Below are positions 13,421-26,400 of a stretch of DNA of 64,000 bases, one piece after another; positions within the stretch are counted from its first letter, which is position 1; every line of letters begins with the position of its first letter. This DNA is from Tubiluchus corallicola (taxonomy: Eukaryota; Animalia; Priapulida), in contig JAQGDQ010000280.1 in NCBI GenBank assembly GCA_030141605.1, positions 239,887 through 303,886 on the forward strand, given 5' to 3'. The notes below the pieces were generated by a model. The model did not search any database and was not told the origin of the DNA. It worked only from the letters and a program-made list of their open reading frames with translations. A program made the translations under genes and the position numbers.

Positions 13421-14089
13421 TAAAAATTAATCGTCTAATTAGCATGCTCTCCACAGTAGCTCTCAAGGTTGTGCGATGAGACAGAGCATCGCTACAGGCT
13501 ATATAGTTTCAATACAATCGTGTGCATTTTTGCATGTTTGTTTGTCCATCTTTGTGTTAATTTTTTTAATCAAAAGAATCAGGCGAATAGCAAATTAGGA
13601 TAGTTTGGTCTTGGCAGAGTTCTGCTTCCTACTGTGTGCATCCTGGGTACCTACTATTTGTGCCATTTTTTCCTGTGTTATTTTTTCCTATATGACATTT
13701 TTTCCTGTGCTGTTTTTACTGCTCAGCGCTTAGAGAATAATCCATTCTTGATCACAAACCACATTTCTTTTTTTTGCTTTTCTTTTGTTTTATCTACTAA
13801 TAATTAACAGCTTAACATCAAGTAATTCTCTAGCAAGTATTTGCGGTACTTACTCGACTAATTACTTAAATTTTATTATTGGCACTAAGTTTTTAGGATT
13901 GATTGTATGTTAAAGAAAAAATTGTATTGTCATTGAATCTCCTTGCATTTTTATCAACAGCAATTCACTAACATGATTTTATTATTCAACTAAACGTTGC
14001 ACATTAAAGAGTTATACTCACTTTCTGAATTTTCTCTGTCTGTACATCTTAACACATGATTGGGATTGAGTGTAGATGCCTTATAACTA

Positions 14090-14730
14090 AATAGTTGAGA
14101 TATTAGAAGATTATTGAAGTTGTCTGTAGACGACATCTTACCAGATGGCTGAGGTTACCAGTAATGTCTTCTTGTCAGGTAGTGAAGTTGCCTTAAGTTT
14201 CCTTTTGATCAAGTAATTGTGATTGACAATAAAAGCTTTTTCAATTCAATGCTTCAGTTTGGCCATATATATCTTTTGACAAAACAGTTGAGGTTGTATG
14301 TATATGTCTCTATTCAGATAACTAACATTGCCTGTAAAAGTCTTCCTGTTAGACACTTGGGATGCACAGTAGATTTCATCTCACCAGATGTTTGAGATTG
14401 CTCTAGATGAGTTCTGGTTAAATATTTCAGTTTGTCTGTTTATATTAACAGATGATTTCGATTGGATGTGGATGTATTTAGACTTGAGGTATAATAGTAA
14501 ATGTTTTAGATTGCTTGTGGATGTCATCTTGCCAGATGATGAGTAGCCTGCAGATTTCTTCTGACCAGGTACCTCAGATTGTCAAAAGAACATCTGCTAC
14601 CACTTTCCTCAGTTTGGTCATACATATCTTCTGACAAGGTTGGTGAGGCTGTCTGTATTATGTCTCTGGTCAGATACTTAAAATGCTTTTAGAAGTCTCC
14701 TTCTTAGATTCTTGAGATTGGCAGGTTAGG
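14090..14730. repeat. Degenerate tandem duplication (period about 360-390 bp)
   Basis: The segment near 14253 (cagtttggccatatatatcttttgac...) resembles the one near 14609 (cagtttggtcatacatatcttctgac...); a catct..ccagatg motif recurs. Confidence 0.6.
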
Positions 14731-14895
14731 AAACTCGTTATACGTCCAAGCAACTGTTTAGTTGAAAATAATTAACAAAAAAATAAATAGCCATGCTTAT
14801 ATGAAGAACACTCGATTAGTGCATCTCACAAGTGTTCGGGATGCAAAAACAGTTATCTTGAAGCTTGAATCTAAGTGTAGTAAATGTGGCAATGG

Positions 14896-15397
14896 ATTGT
14901 TGTTGTTATTGGCATCCTTCTGTCTCGGAAGACAATTGAATGTGCGCCAAGAGAGTCCGATCCTTGAACGTCTCCAGGGCGCACGCCTGGGCAAGGTGTA
15001 TGGAGATCCTGAGTTGCCCAGACAACAGGAACCCCCTCTCTTCCTCCCTGGTGTAGTCTAAAGGAAAGCGGAGCGATACGTTTGACACCAGGTTGGCTGC
15101 AGGAGGTGCCGGAGTCAGTGAGCATGCTGCACTGGTCCGCCTTCGGGGCTCCACTCCTGATTTGGAAGGTTTACTCCTCTACACATGGCCGTTAGGTCAC
15201 TTGACCGCCTCCGCCCTCTAGCCGTTGACTGCTTGTGCAGCTCCTCCGCCTAGTGTTGAGATACAGTGTGGGCATCCCGCAAGCCTACAGCACCTGGTAT
15301 TCGTAGTCAGCCACCCATCCAAGTACTAACCAGGCTCTACGTTGCTTAACTTCAGTGATCAGACGAGAACCGGTGTTTTCAACGTGATTTGGCCATA
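14896..15397 (-). mobile_element. 5S rRNA-derived SINE (SINE3-like), about 500 bp, with target-site duplication
   Basis: 5S-like head, GC-rich body and (AAC)n tail. Direct repeat gtggcaatgg at 14886-14895 and 15398-15407. Confidence 0.85.
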
Positions 15398-15400
15398 GTG
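15281..15400 (-). pseudogene. 5S rRNA-like sequence (SINE head)
   Basis: Reverse complement matches the animal 5S pattern gttctcgtctgatcac-gaagttaagc..ttagtacttggatggg..gaatacc-ggtgctgtaggctt. No oligo-T terminator follows. Confidence 0.88.
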
Positions 15401-17749
15401 GCAATGGTTTGCTCTAATAGTAAAATGAGAGAAGATAATGTAGAAATTAACAATGTGCCAGTACAACTTGAATATAATGTTGCAACAAGTAATGTGGAAA
15501 ATAGTGAAGCAGCAGTTTGTAGTTTTCAAACTGATAAATTGTTTGTAAAAACGGAACATGATGTACTTGTCGATAATGTTTATTAGATATTTGTAATAGC
15601 TTCTCATTATAAGACAGTTCATTCCTTTCTATTGCCATGTCAGTCGTTACGATGTATCAGAGCAGGCTTACGTGGCATGACGTTTCGTAGAATATATCAA
15701 TTTTTTTCAAAGAAACTAAAAATAATAAATTTTAATAACTATATAAGTATACTGGAATAATAAACCGGGATAATACACTCGAAAAACTATTATATTATCA
15801 CTAAATCAAATACAATAATACAATAAGTGTGCTATTTTAATACAACGTACATGACGTACGAGAGTACATTAATGGAGTTCATTTGAAAAGTAGATTGATT
15901 CAATGAAACATTATCAAATAAATCGTTACAATCTTAGCATATTTTAGGTAATATAGACAGGACGGCAGCTTTAGAGATCATAATTATATGCTAAAATATT
16001 CACTTAGATTAATAATAAAATTTACCACCAGTCAACTTGTTGGTGCCTTGCCCCGTTCTTCCTATATTCTATTATGCAGGTGAATTTTGGAAGTGATTGG
16101 AGATAAAATCATGTAGCTCTTAGTTTTCAAGTTAACCTGTACAAAGACACTTGCTGCAATAGTTCAAAATTGAACATTTAACTCTGTGTTTTCTTTTACT
16201 AAGTGGTTAGAGGTAATTTAACAAAAAAGTTTATTAGTCATATTTGGTTTGCAAACATACTGTCACTGCAGCCTGCGTGATGGTCGTCGCGTTGACTGGA
16301 AATCACATCCCAAATATTTTTGTTATTTTATGGATCAGTGGTGTCTGGGGAACATGCAACTCGTTCATTGTGACCAAGTTTTAAATCTTACAAAAATCGT
16401 AATTTTAGATATGATAATAAAAAAGAGAAACAAATCGTTTAGTCACTCAAGTCTATTGGCATTCTTGTGCATTGGCGTGTCATGTTGAATGAGAAGAAAA
16501 GCAATTTTTTGGAGATTGACGTGAATAGGCGTGTCGTGTCTGCCAACTCGCCTTTATTATACATGTGTCGCTATACTTATAGTACAGAGTGATTAAATTG
16601 TTTAGGGTGTCTCACCCTTTTTGCCTCTGCAAGTCTGGACGTGAAAACTTGGCCAGAAGGTACCAAGATGAATGGGGTGGGTAGTGCATTTTACATGATT
16701 CCTAAATTATATGCATTATATTCAAAATTCATCCATAAGAATATATATCAGAAATTTTGATATGATATTATATCTTCATTTATGTAGATGTAACAGATAT
16801 ATTGCATGCTGTTCATACGAAAAGCTATCAGGTTAAACCCAACGTTTGATAAAACTGGAATATCAAAAAACAAATTGAATTAAACAGATCTTTTGTGTAT
16901 TATCCGTGTCCAGCATTTAAGGCTAGAGGGAGATCCGTGTATTACCTGTAATGCCTGGAATTTAGTGTCTAGCCCAGATATCACGCAGCCACTGGCCCAA
17001 CATAGTTGACATCATTGGAAATTTCTGATGGGCCAGCGCCTTTTTGACTGGCAAAACACTTAGTAGTTCACTGGTGGAACTTGCCCATGTCCCACCCTTT
17101 TACCAGTTGGTGGGTTTTTTGGTTGTTGGTTGTTGGTTGGTTTTTCTGTTGGATCACCAGTGGGATCCACTTTAAATTTGGTTCGTCATTGAACAATATA
17201 AAAAATTGAGCCTATAGATACCACAAAATTTGTTACCAACTATTAAAGCATTAATCTTTATTGTACATTGTAGTGACATAAATTTTCTCCAAGAGGCCAG
17301 TCTGAATATGAGTGCGAATATGTCTTTTGAATGTGAGAAACTTTCCGAATGGTCATGTCCAGTCCAGTTTTTTAATTTGTTATTTAATGCTAAAAGTTGA
17401 TAGATTGTAGGTAGTTTAACTGAAAAGAAACTTTATACAAATTTCAATAGAAATAATCTCGAATGTAAAACTAATTAAATTAATTTTGAAAAATGTCGCA
17501 CTGATTATTGTAGAAAACAAAGTGGCACAATAAAACAGCTGTTGGCATTTACAAAATCATACTTATGCACACAACCAGCAGAATCAAAGCAACAGTGAAT
17601 ATGGCCACATTACTTCAACAGTTTAAACTACATCCTGTACATTATAATTATTGAAACATATTCATTTTTTTCTGACAAATCAAAATAATTTGAAATATAT
17701 ACAAAAATGACTAGAAACAGCCTTGTGCTTTTACAAGTTATGCTTCAGA

Positions 17750-20720
17750 TTTTAGATTTTTTTTTAGATTTTTATAGATTTATTTCGCAATAAACATATA
17801 CATTACATGTGCAACGATAATCAGTTTTTGTTAATACAAAAATATGATACAGTTCATGAATTCTGCGCTAGAGACCTAAGAAGCTAGCTTATGGTAGGCT
17901 ACTAGAATTAGTGACGAAAAAAATTACAATATATACAAATATAAATATGGGTGGGAAGTAATAAAAATATTATTATACTAGAGGGGAAGTTTTTGAAAAT
18001 GAAAAACAACAAATCATGATTGAGTGATCAGTTATATGTTTCAAGTAAATTTAATTTATAATTTTTTTTAAATATGGACAGCAAGTTGGCATTTTTAATA
18101 GCTGGAGCAATTGAATTCCATATGTAAGGGCCATTGCATTTAATAGAAAATTTTCTACCATTTGTGTTGCACTGTATGTAGTGATAGTTAAGTCTATAAC
18201 GTGTGCCGTAATTATGTATCTCAGAATTCAAACAAAAATAATCAGTAAATAAGGGAGGCAATAATTTATGAGAGAATTTGTACATGAAAATGGCTGTTTG
18301 GAACTTATTAATGTCATGAATGTTTAAAAAGTGTAGTCTTTTAAATATTGGCGGTGTATGGTCCTGATAACCGGCAAATGTTATAGCTCGAACTATTTTC
18401 TTCTGAATCAGATGAATTTTTTTCACTCGACTGGTGTATGTGCTTCCCCAACTAAAGTTTGAATTAATAAGATATGGTAAAAAAGATAATTATATAATAA
18501 TACAAGTACTGATTTAGGCAATATGTGTCTAACTCTGTATATAATACCTATGGTTTTTGAGATTTTGCTTTCGATAAATCTAAGATGTTCTTGCCAAGTT
18601 AGGTGTTCATCTATGATGATGCCAAAGAACTTAGTATATTTTACTTGATCTATTGGGACTTCATCGATTTTAACCGCGAGATTTCTAGGGATTCTTTTAT
18701 TTTTATTTGTGAATACAATGAATTTGGTTTTTTCAATATTCAGTGATAACTTATTAGCTTTAAACCAGGTGGAGAGGTGTACAAGTTCTTGGTTTACAGT
18801 GTTTATCATTGATTCATAGTTTGAGTGATTATAGAATATGTTAGTATCATCGGCAAATAAAATGAAGTCTAGCAGAGTGGAGACATTGTGGAGATCATTA
18901 ATATAGAGAAGAAAAAGCAATGGACCTAAGATTGAGCCTTGGGGGACACCATAATTGATTTGCTTCAAAGAAGAAAATGTGTTTTCAATTAGTACGGATT
19001 GTTTTCTGTTGTGTAATAACTTGTAAACCACTGTAAAGGTAGACCTCTGACACCATAGTTGTTTAATTTATCTAAGAGTATTTGATGGTCAATAGTATCA
19101 AAGGCCTTAGATAAATCAATAAAAATACCTATTGTAAATTCATTATTGTCAATTGCATTTGATATTAAATCAAGAAGTTCAAGTAGAGCAATGTAAGTGG
19201 AGTGGTTTTGTCTAAAGCCTAGTTGTTTGTTATATAATATATTGTTTTTTTAATGAAACTTAGTAGTCTATTATACATTAGTCTTTCAAGAATTTTGGAA
19301 AAACAGGGAAGAATTGAAATGGGTCTATAATTTTGAAACTGGGACTTATCACCAGTTTTAAAAATTTGATTAACCTTAGCTATTTTCAGAGAGTCTGGGA
19401 CTATACCTGTTGAAAATGACTTGTTAAACATATAAAGTAGAGCTTCAGCAATACAGTTGATGGATTTTTTAAGGATAATTTGTGATTGATCATCATACCC
19501 TGTACTGTTTTTTTTTAAATTATTTGCCACATTTAATAGCTCCGTTTTGTCATTTGGAAGCAACTGCATTGAATTCCTACATGCATTTGGTAAGTATGAA
19601 AAATATGATGTATTTGTAGTTGGAATTTTTCCTGCTAGAGTTGATCCTACATCTACAAAATAGTTATTAAAGCCATCCGATATTTCTTTTGATGTCATTG
19701 GGTTATGATGTGATTTTTTGAAATGTGACTGTTCTATATGAGAAGTATCTTTTTTATTAATAGCTAAATTTATGATTTTCCACGTTTTTCTCATGTTATT
19801 CATATTACTTTTAATTGTATTGGCATAATAATCTTTTTCGGCTTTTCTTAGTATTGACGTTAGGTTATTTCTATAAGTTTTATAATGGTCAATGTTCAGA
19901 TCAGTAGGGTTTTTTAATTTTAGCTTATATAATTTATTTTTGTGTTTAATTGAGTGTATCAAGCCGCTTGTTAGCCAAGGTTTATTTAACGTCCGTGGCT
20001 TTACTATTTTTGTGACTAGTGGAAAGCTTTCATTGTAAATATTGTAGTAATCTTTAAAGAAGGATTGAAATGCCGAGTCAGGGTTTTGTATGCAAAAGAT
20101 TTGGGACCAGTCATGGGATGCTAGTTTGGACTTGAAGTCTGCGATGGTGCTATCATTAAAGATTCTAAATTTTGAAACTATTGGTTTTGAATGAAGTGCC
20201 TCTTTTAAGCTAGTTACTGAATAAATAGGAAAATGGTCAGACATATCACTGTAGAGAATGCCCTAGTTTAGATTGTCATTTGACACACAGTTTGTAAATA
20301 TGTTATCGATTAAAGTTGCTGAGTAAGTAGTAATTCTTGTTGGTTTGGTGATTATGGGATACAATGAATGACTAAGTAGGCAATTGAGAAAAGATTCAGT
20401 TCCTTCGTGCGAGTCACAGTTAAGCAAGTTTAAGTTGAAATCGCCGCAGATAAAGATGTGCTTGTTTTCATTAATTATTTTAGAGAGAAGGTTATCTAAA
20501 CCATCAAGAAATACTGGGATACTGGTACCCGGAGGCCTGTATAACACTCCAACTAAAATATTTTTTGTAACTTCTTGGGTAATTTCAACAATCAGTGATT
20601 CACAGGTTTGTTCATGGAAACAGTCTAAGTCATTACGAGGTTTACTGTTTAAATCATCCTTTATATACAGGGAAACCCCTCCACCACCTGTTTGTGATAA
20701 TCCGTTTGGCCTAAAATGCT
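17750..20720 (-). mobile_element. CR1/L2-group LINE ORF2 (endonuclease, RT, C-terminus) and 3' UTR, 5'-truncated and frameshifted
   Basis: YRPP, ICGDFNL, ITKPTRIT..ATLIDNIF, SDHFPI, NYRPISILP, FIDLSKAFDT, GVPQGSILGPLLF, LFADDT. 3' end has AATAAA and an (aaatct)n-like tail. Confidence 0.94.
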
Positions 20721-21969
20721 GTAAATGTGTTTATGTCAGGATGGCAAGATTATCACTACAACACTGGTGCTAACACACCATAAATACTTAAAGAAACAGC
20801 AAGTTTTATTTGATCTAAGGCTGTGGGTCCCTGGCGAGCTTCCTTAACGTGAGAATCTAACATTATCAGAACAGATAGACAAACGACCAATTAGCTATAA
20901 ACTCAATATTATTTCAACATAAGAAAAACACATTTGAGAAATAGTAAACAAATATATACTACAAATTATAGTTTAGCTACTGTCTTTAATTTTTACGCGA
21001 GATTTTTAAGTTGTACCACAAACACCATAAACTGTACTTATCGTGAGTCTCTGTGCACACGTTGGCTAGCTAGCTTAACCTCGTCACTGTCGCTGTCGAC
21101 GGCGGCGTGTACTGGAACACTCTGACGGCAGGCTTCCCAAACGGTAACTTCAGGGTCAGACAATTAGGTGACAGCAGGCGTGGCATTAACTCCATCAACT
21201 GAGGAATGCGCTGTATCAAGTCCGGCGTATCTGAAGACACTGACAGGAAGACTGACCACAGGCTGGTTCTCTGAGAACTACCAATAGTCCATTTCACGAC
21301 CTGGTCTCCTCCACCATAAGTGACAAAGTCTCTAGGGGCTTCCTAAATGATGGAGAGCCCGGGATCACAAAGACTGAGACTAACCATTGTAAAAGTACTC
21401 TGTTTCTGCTTAGGAAATGCCATTAATAAATGCAATATTATCCTTTAAACCAAGAATTGATAAAACTCAAGTAGAGTAACCATATTGCAAAGCCACACTT
21501 TTCACAACCTGCTCTGTGATCTCGTTTTCCCAGGTAAAACCTGTTTGCTCTAAGCTGAATGGCTGCATATCATGTAAAGGTTGGCTCATCACCTAAATCT
21601 GACCAATCAAACAGGTTATAAAGAGTAGCAGCTGTGAATGTCCTATTTATCATCACTCAGGATTGGTGGTCAAACTTTCCAAATAAGGAAGTACACCTGT
21701 CAATTCATGTCCCTGGTTTCTTTCTTTGATAAACAAAGTTGGCAGTAGATGTCACTACTATAGTAGCCTGAGAGATAATAATTACATAGATAAACAAAAT
21801 AAAATTTTCACTTAGCACTACAAAATTAAACTTATTGGCACTACTCCGCTTAACTTAGCAAACCTAATTGTAGAAATTTAATTAGTACGATAAAATGAGA
21901 ACACTATTGTATTGAGCTGTCACACTGTTCTCTGTTTGCTGGTTTTTGAGTAGTGATTATAATGCTTTA

Positions 21970-23990
21970 TTGAGAATTCATCTTTATTCTGATCATTAAG
22001 CCAGGTTTCTGTAAAACCATTCAACGTGGACAGTAAATTATGTGACAAAAGTTCTTTGACATGCTTCTACAGTTACGATCGAATATCGAAAGCTGAGTAT
22101 CCCTGGTGTTCGTGTTTGTGTTAGATTTTATTTTAGAAGTATTTAGGTTGATATCTGTGGTATAGTCACGCTTTAATCTACCAATTCTGTTATAGAAGTT
22201 TAGGTCTGGATCTAAATCTGCATATTGTGAAGACAATAATCTTTCATTATGATCAAATGGATTTAGATGTAATCCATTAAGTTGTAATGTAACTGAATCG
22301 GGTAAATCGATCAGGTCAATAGCATTTTTGAATTGCATTTCATTTTCTATATTATTGAAGGGCAATATATCTGCAAGACAGTTTGTACATTACCACGAAT
22401 CTACACTAGTTAAAACACTGTCTTGCTCTGCCGTTAGATTAGCACAAACCAAGTGTGCCAATCTCCACAAATGCTACATAACATACCTTTGTGATTATTC
22501 TGTACCTTATTAAAACATATTGAACAATTATCATTTTGATTATTAGTGATCATAGTAGTTATTGAACGTTATTACCAGATAATCATTTCACCTATGCTTG
22601 GTACTTCGGGCAGGTTTTGCTTCTGGCCTCGTGGTGCCCCCTTGCAATTGGAGCACTTCTTTTCGTTGGAGTCACAGTCTGATGTATTGTGCTTGCAAGA
22701 GCAGATACCGCACATCACAGTTCTGTTACACCATTTTGAGACGTGACCAAAATTTTGGCACTTGAAGCAGCGTAGCGGTTTTGGCTTGGTGACAAACTGT
22801 TCCACACCACAAATTAGGTGACCGATGGCTATTCCTTTCCTTTTGGCTTCATTCAACATGTCTGCACTACTGAATTTCACTTTTACAAGAGTCGTTGGTT
22901 TACCACTTTTGAACTTGAAACGTTCTATAGCTGCATCGCAATCAAATTGCTGGACGTCATGCAGGACTTCATCCTCTGTCATGCTGGGATCACAATCTCG
23001 TAGGAGACCCCAGAATTGGTTCTTAGGTTTTCTCGCATTTGTATTGTCACCTAGAAAACATGGCTGCCATTTCTGAAGAATGTCGTTTGCTGTTTCGATG
23101 TCCGGAAGTTGCAGTTGGATTTTTCCAGTTGCCGTCCTGAAAGCTAATCAAAACGAGTTCTAGAGAAACAGTGGCTAAGGTTCTTCTTTATAGACATGCT
23201 AGTTTTTGCGATGTCTTTATCATTAACGTTCTCAATGAGTATTGTTCTGTCCGGGTCGTACAAATGCGACACACTTTGCTGGCTGGTATTTCTCGTGGTT
23301 TTCGCTGTAACTTGACCTAAGTTACGTGATACAGCGTCTGTGATTTTACTGATCATGAGTTCCTCTCGTGGAAGATCATCTTCGCTGTTGTTCAGCAGAC
23401 GAATAATTTCGATCAACTTCTTGTTACTTTTCTCATGGTTAATCATACTGCAGGCTATTGAAGATAACTCCCTAGAATAACCCAGTAAATCGTCATTTGC
23501 TAAATCAGCTTCGCTGCCCCAACTTCTACAAGATACAGAGATTTTTGGTAAAACAACATCACTTTCCGTTTGAGCTTGCGTAGACGGGGTGATCGGAGTC
23601 TGAATGTTTTGAATAGCATTTGTCACAGGTAATTGCTATTACTTTTCTTTGCTTGACTAGCCCATTAGATTTCCTGCAGAATTGGAAACTATTTCTGGTG
23701 TTTAACGTAGCACTGGACTGACTCGCGTCGTTGGTATCTGACGTATCATTAGCTAATTAGCCGGAATAGTTGTGATGATCTTGTTTTGCTGGTTCCAGGC
23801 ACAGCACGTCAGCAGAGATGACCAAATTTCCCGCCAAAACTCGATGTGTGACCAAAAGATATTTAGTTTTTTACAGAAAACATGATAACGCCTTGCTGTA
23901 ATTTGATTATAGATGGCACTATTGTTTTCCTGGTAACTTTACAATTCTGCTAATACCAGTTTATACTAAGGATTCGCAGGAAAAAACACA
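21970..23990 (-). mobile_element. LINE 5' portion: gag-like ORF1 with zinc knuckles and start of ORF2
   Basis: PKPLRCFKCQNFGHVSKWC..CGICSCKH..C..CSNCKG; then CTNCLADILPFNNI, DLDPDLNFY, NCRSMSKNF and a TETWL-like endonuclease start. Confidence 0.85.
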
Positions 23991-24619
23991 CAATTCTGTA
24001 ATTTTGTGAGACACGAAAATAACATGACCGTAACAGTCATTGCACACAACCCAACAACGAATAATTTTGCTACACAACTGATGCCCAGTGTACAATTATA
24101 ATATGACTATAGTTAAATTGCATTGATTCACAGTCAAATTTACTGTGAACTACACAAAGCAGCCATTGCTGATAAACATAATTTATTCATCAGACATCAC
24201 AAATGGATAAATACATAACGATCCTCCGCTCTAGATATAAACTAGCTTCAAAATAAAGTTAACACATTTAAGAAAAATTAACAAAAGATGCCTTCTGAAA
24301 TGTGCAATACAACTTCAATGCACAATGAATACACCACTGTGAGCTTACATAGAATTAGATATTATTTAACTTGTTTGATTCTCTCAAACCATATAAATTT
24401 ACGCAGTTAAGTAATTTGGGGAAAACCCATCAAACAACCAGAGTAATATGTACTGAATTGAACATATTAACTGAACATAACTATAATGAATTGCGACAAC
24501 TAAACTGGCTTCCTGTTCACAATGTCACTCACTTGGTACTCATTTGTAGTAGCACTTTTAGCTGTACCAAGATTATACAAGGAACTAACATGAACCACAT
24601 CAGCACAATCATTATCGCT

Positions 24620-25525
24620 GCACTAATTACTGTCTGGATTAACAATATTGGTATTTCCAGGTGCCCTTTTTCCTTGAGCACGTCCACTTCTACACCCCTT
24701 TGCAATACACACAATTTTTGAACATTTATAACATTTGGCGTTCCTAAACTCACACCTCCATGCCTCATGCGCACCCAAACACCGACCGCATTTACTTGAA
24801 ACATGCGGTTTATTTACAATCATTGGGTAACTAGGTTTTACCAATTTCTTTCTCAAATTTTTACCTCTTCCAGTTTAGTTTACCTCGGATGAACCATATC
24901 CGCTGCCACAAAGTGTACTTGTGTCTTGTGTAGCTGCCTCCATATTTAATGCTATCTCCCTATCTGTGTTCCACGTTAAATCAGAACTTTCCAATAATTT
25001 CTTTTGTATTGCTCCAGTGCGAAGCCTACACACAAAAGTGTCACGCAAGTTGTCAGACAGCTCTTGAGCTGAAAATTCGCAATATATACTGCATTTCTGT
25101 AGTTCTACAATATATTCCGCAATAGATTCACCTTCACGCTGTTTTCTGTCACGAAGTCTTAGTCTCTCAGCTATCTTATTACGGCGTGGTTTATAATAAT
25201 CCGATAATTTATTTATCAGTTCCACATAAGTTTTTGTATTCACCGGATCTGGCGTTACAAGAGAGGACACTAAGCTAAACGCTTCCGGACCAATTAATGA
25301 CAAGAAAACATCTACCTTCTGTTGGTCATTAATATTATTCGCTCTCATCCACGCTTCTAACCGCTGCTGGTAGTTACACCAATCTTCCTTACTGGAATTA
25401 AACTCGTTGACGGACCAATTAATGACAAGAATGGCATGTAAATCATCAATGGCATATTGAAGCTGTTCAGATTCAAAATCTGGATCATCACAAATTGCAG
25501 TAACACTATTTATTGCTCTTGGCAA
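24620..25525 (-). mobile_element. Ty3/Gypsy gag fragment
   Basis: EFNSSKEDWCNYQQRL, RKQREGESIAEYIVEL, LRDTFVC..IQKKLL, CGRCLGAHEAWRC..CYKC. Confidence 0.9.
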
Positions 25526-25628
25526 CTGCTCATCAGCATTTTAGTATATATCCAATTGTTCTGAATTAACTTGTTCTACATCTGACATATTTACAAGATT
25601 AGTAATAGTACTTCCTGTTTCCAATCTG

Positions 25629-26050
25629 GGTATATATATGTATATATTATATATATGTGTGTGTGTGTGTATATATATATGTATACATTATGTATTTGTG
25701 TGTGGGTGTGGGTATATATATATTTGTATATATTATATATATATGTGTGTGTGTGGATGTGGGTATATATATATATGTATATGTTGTATATATGTGTATG
25801 GGTGTGGGTATATATATATATGTGTGTGCGTGGATGTGGGTATATATATATATATGTGTGTGGGTGTGGGTATATATATATATGTGTGTGCGTGGATGTG
25901 GGTATATATATATATATATATATACATGTGTGTGGGTGTGGGTATATATATATGTATATATTATATATATATATATGTGTGTGCGTGGATGTGGGTATAT
26001 ATATATATATGCATGTGGGTGTGGGTATATATATATGTGTATGGGTGTGG

Positions 26051-26084
<34 letters not shown>

Positions 26085-26243
26085 TATATATGTGTGTGTG
26101 GATGTGGGTATATATATGTGTGTGGGTGTGGGTATATATATGTATACATTATGTATATGTGTGTGGGTGTGGGTATATATATATGTATATATTATATATA
26201 TGTGTGTGGGTGTGGGTATATATATATATATATGTATATATTG

Positions 26244-26275
<32 letters not shown>

Positions 26276-26400
26276 TGGATGTGGGTATATATATATATAT
26301 ATATATATATGCATTTGGGTGTGGGTATATATATATGCGTGTGGGTGTGGGTATATATATACGTATATGTTATATATATGTGTATGTGTCTGTTATATAT
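25629..26400. repeat. Compound (TA)n/(TG)n/gggtgtggg microsatellite
   Basis: Directly visible; gives spurious YI/VC ORFs in three frames. Confidence 0.97.

Noticed and set aside
15281-15400. Functional 5S rRNA gene
   Set aside because: Diverged 5' end and internal control region, no T-run terminator, embedded in a TSD-flanked element.
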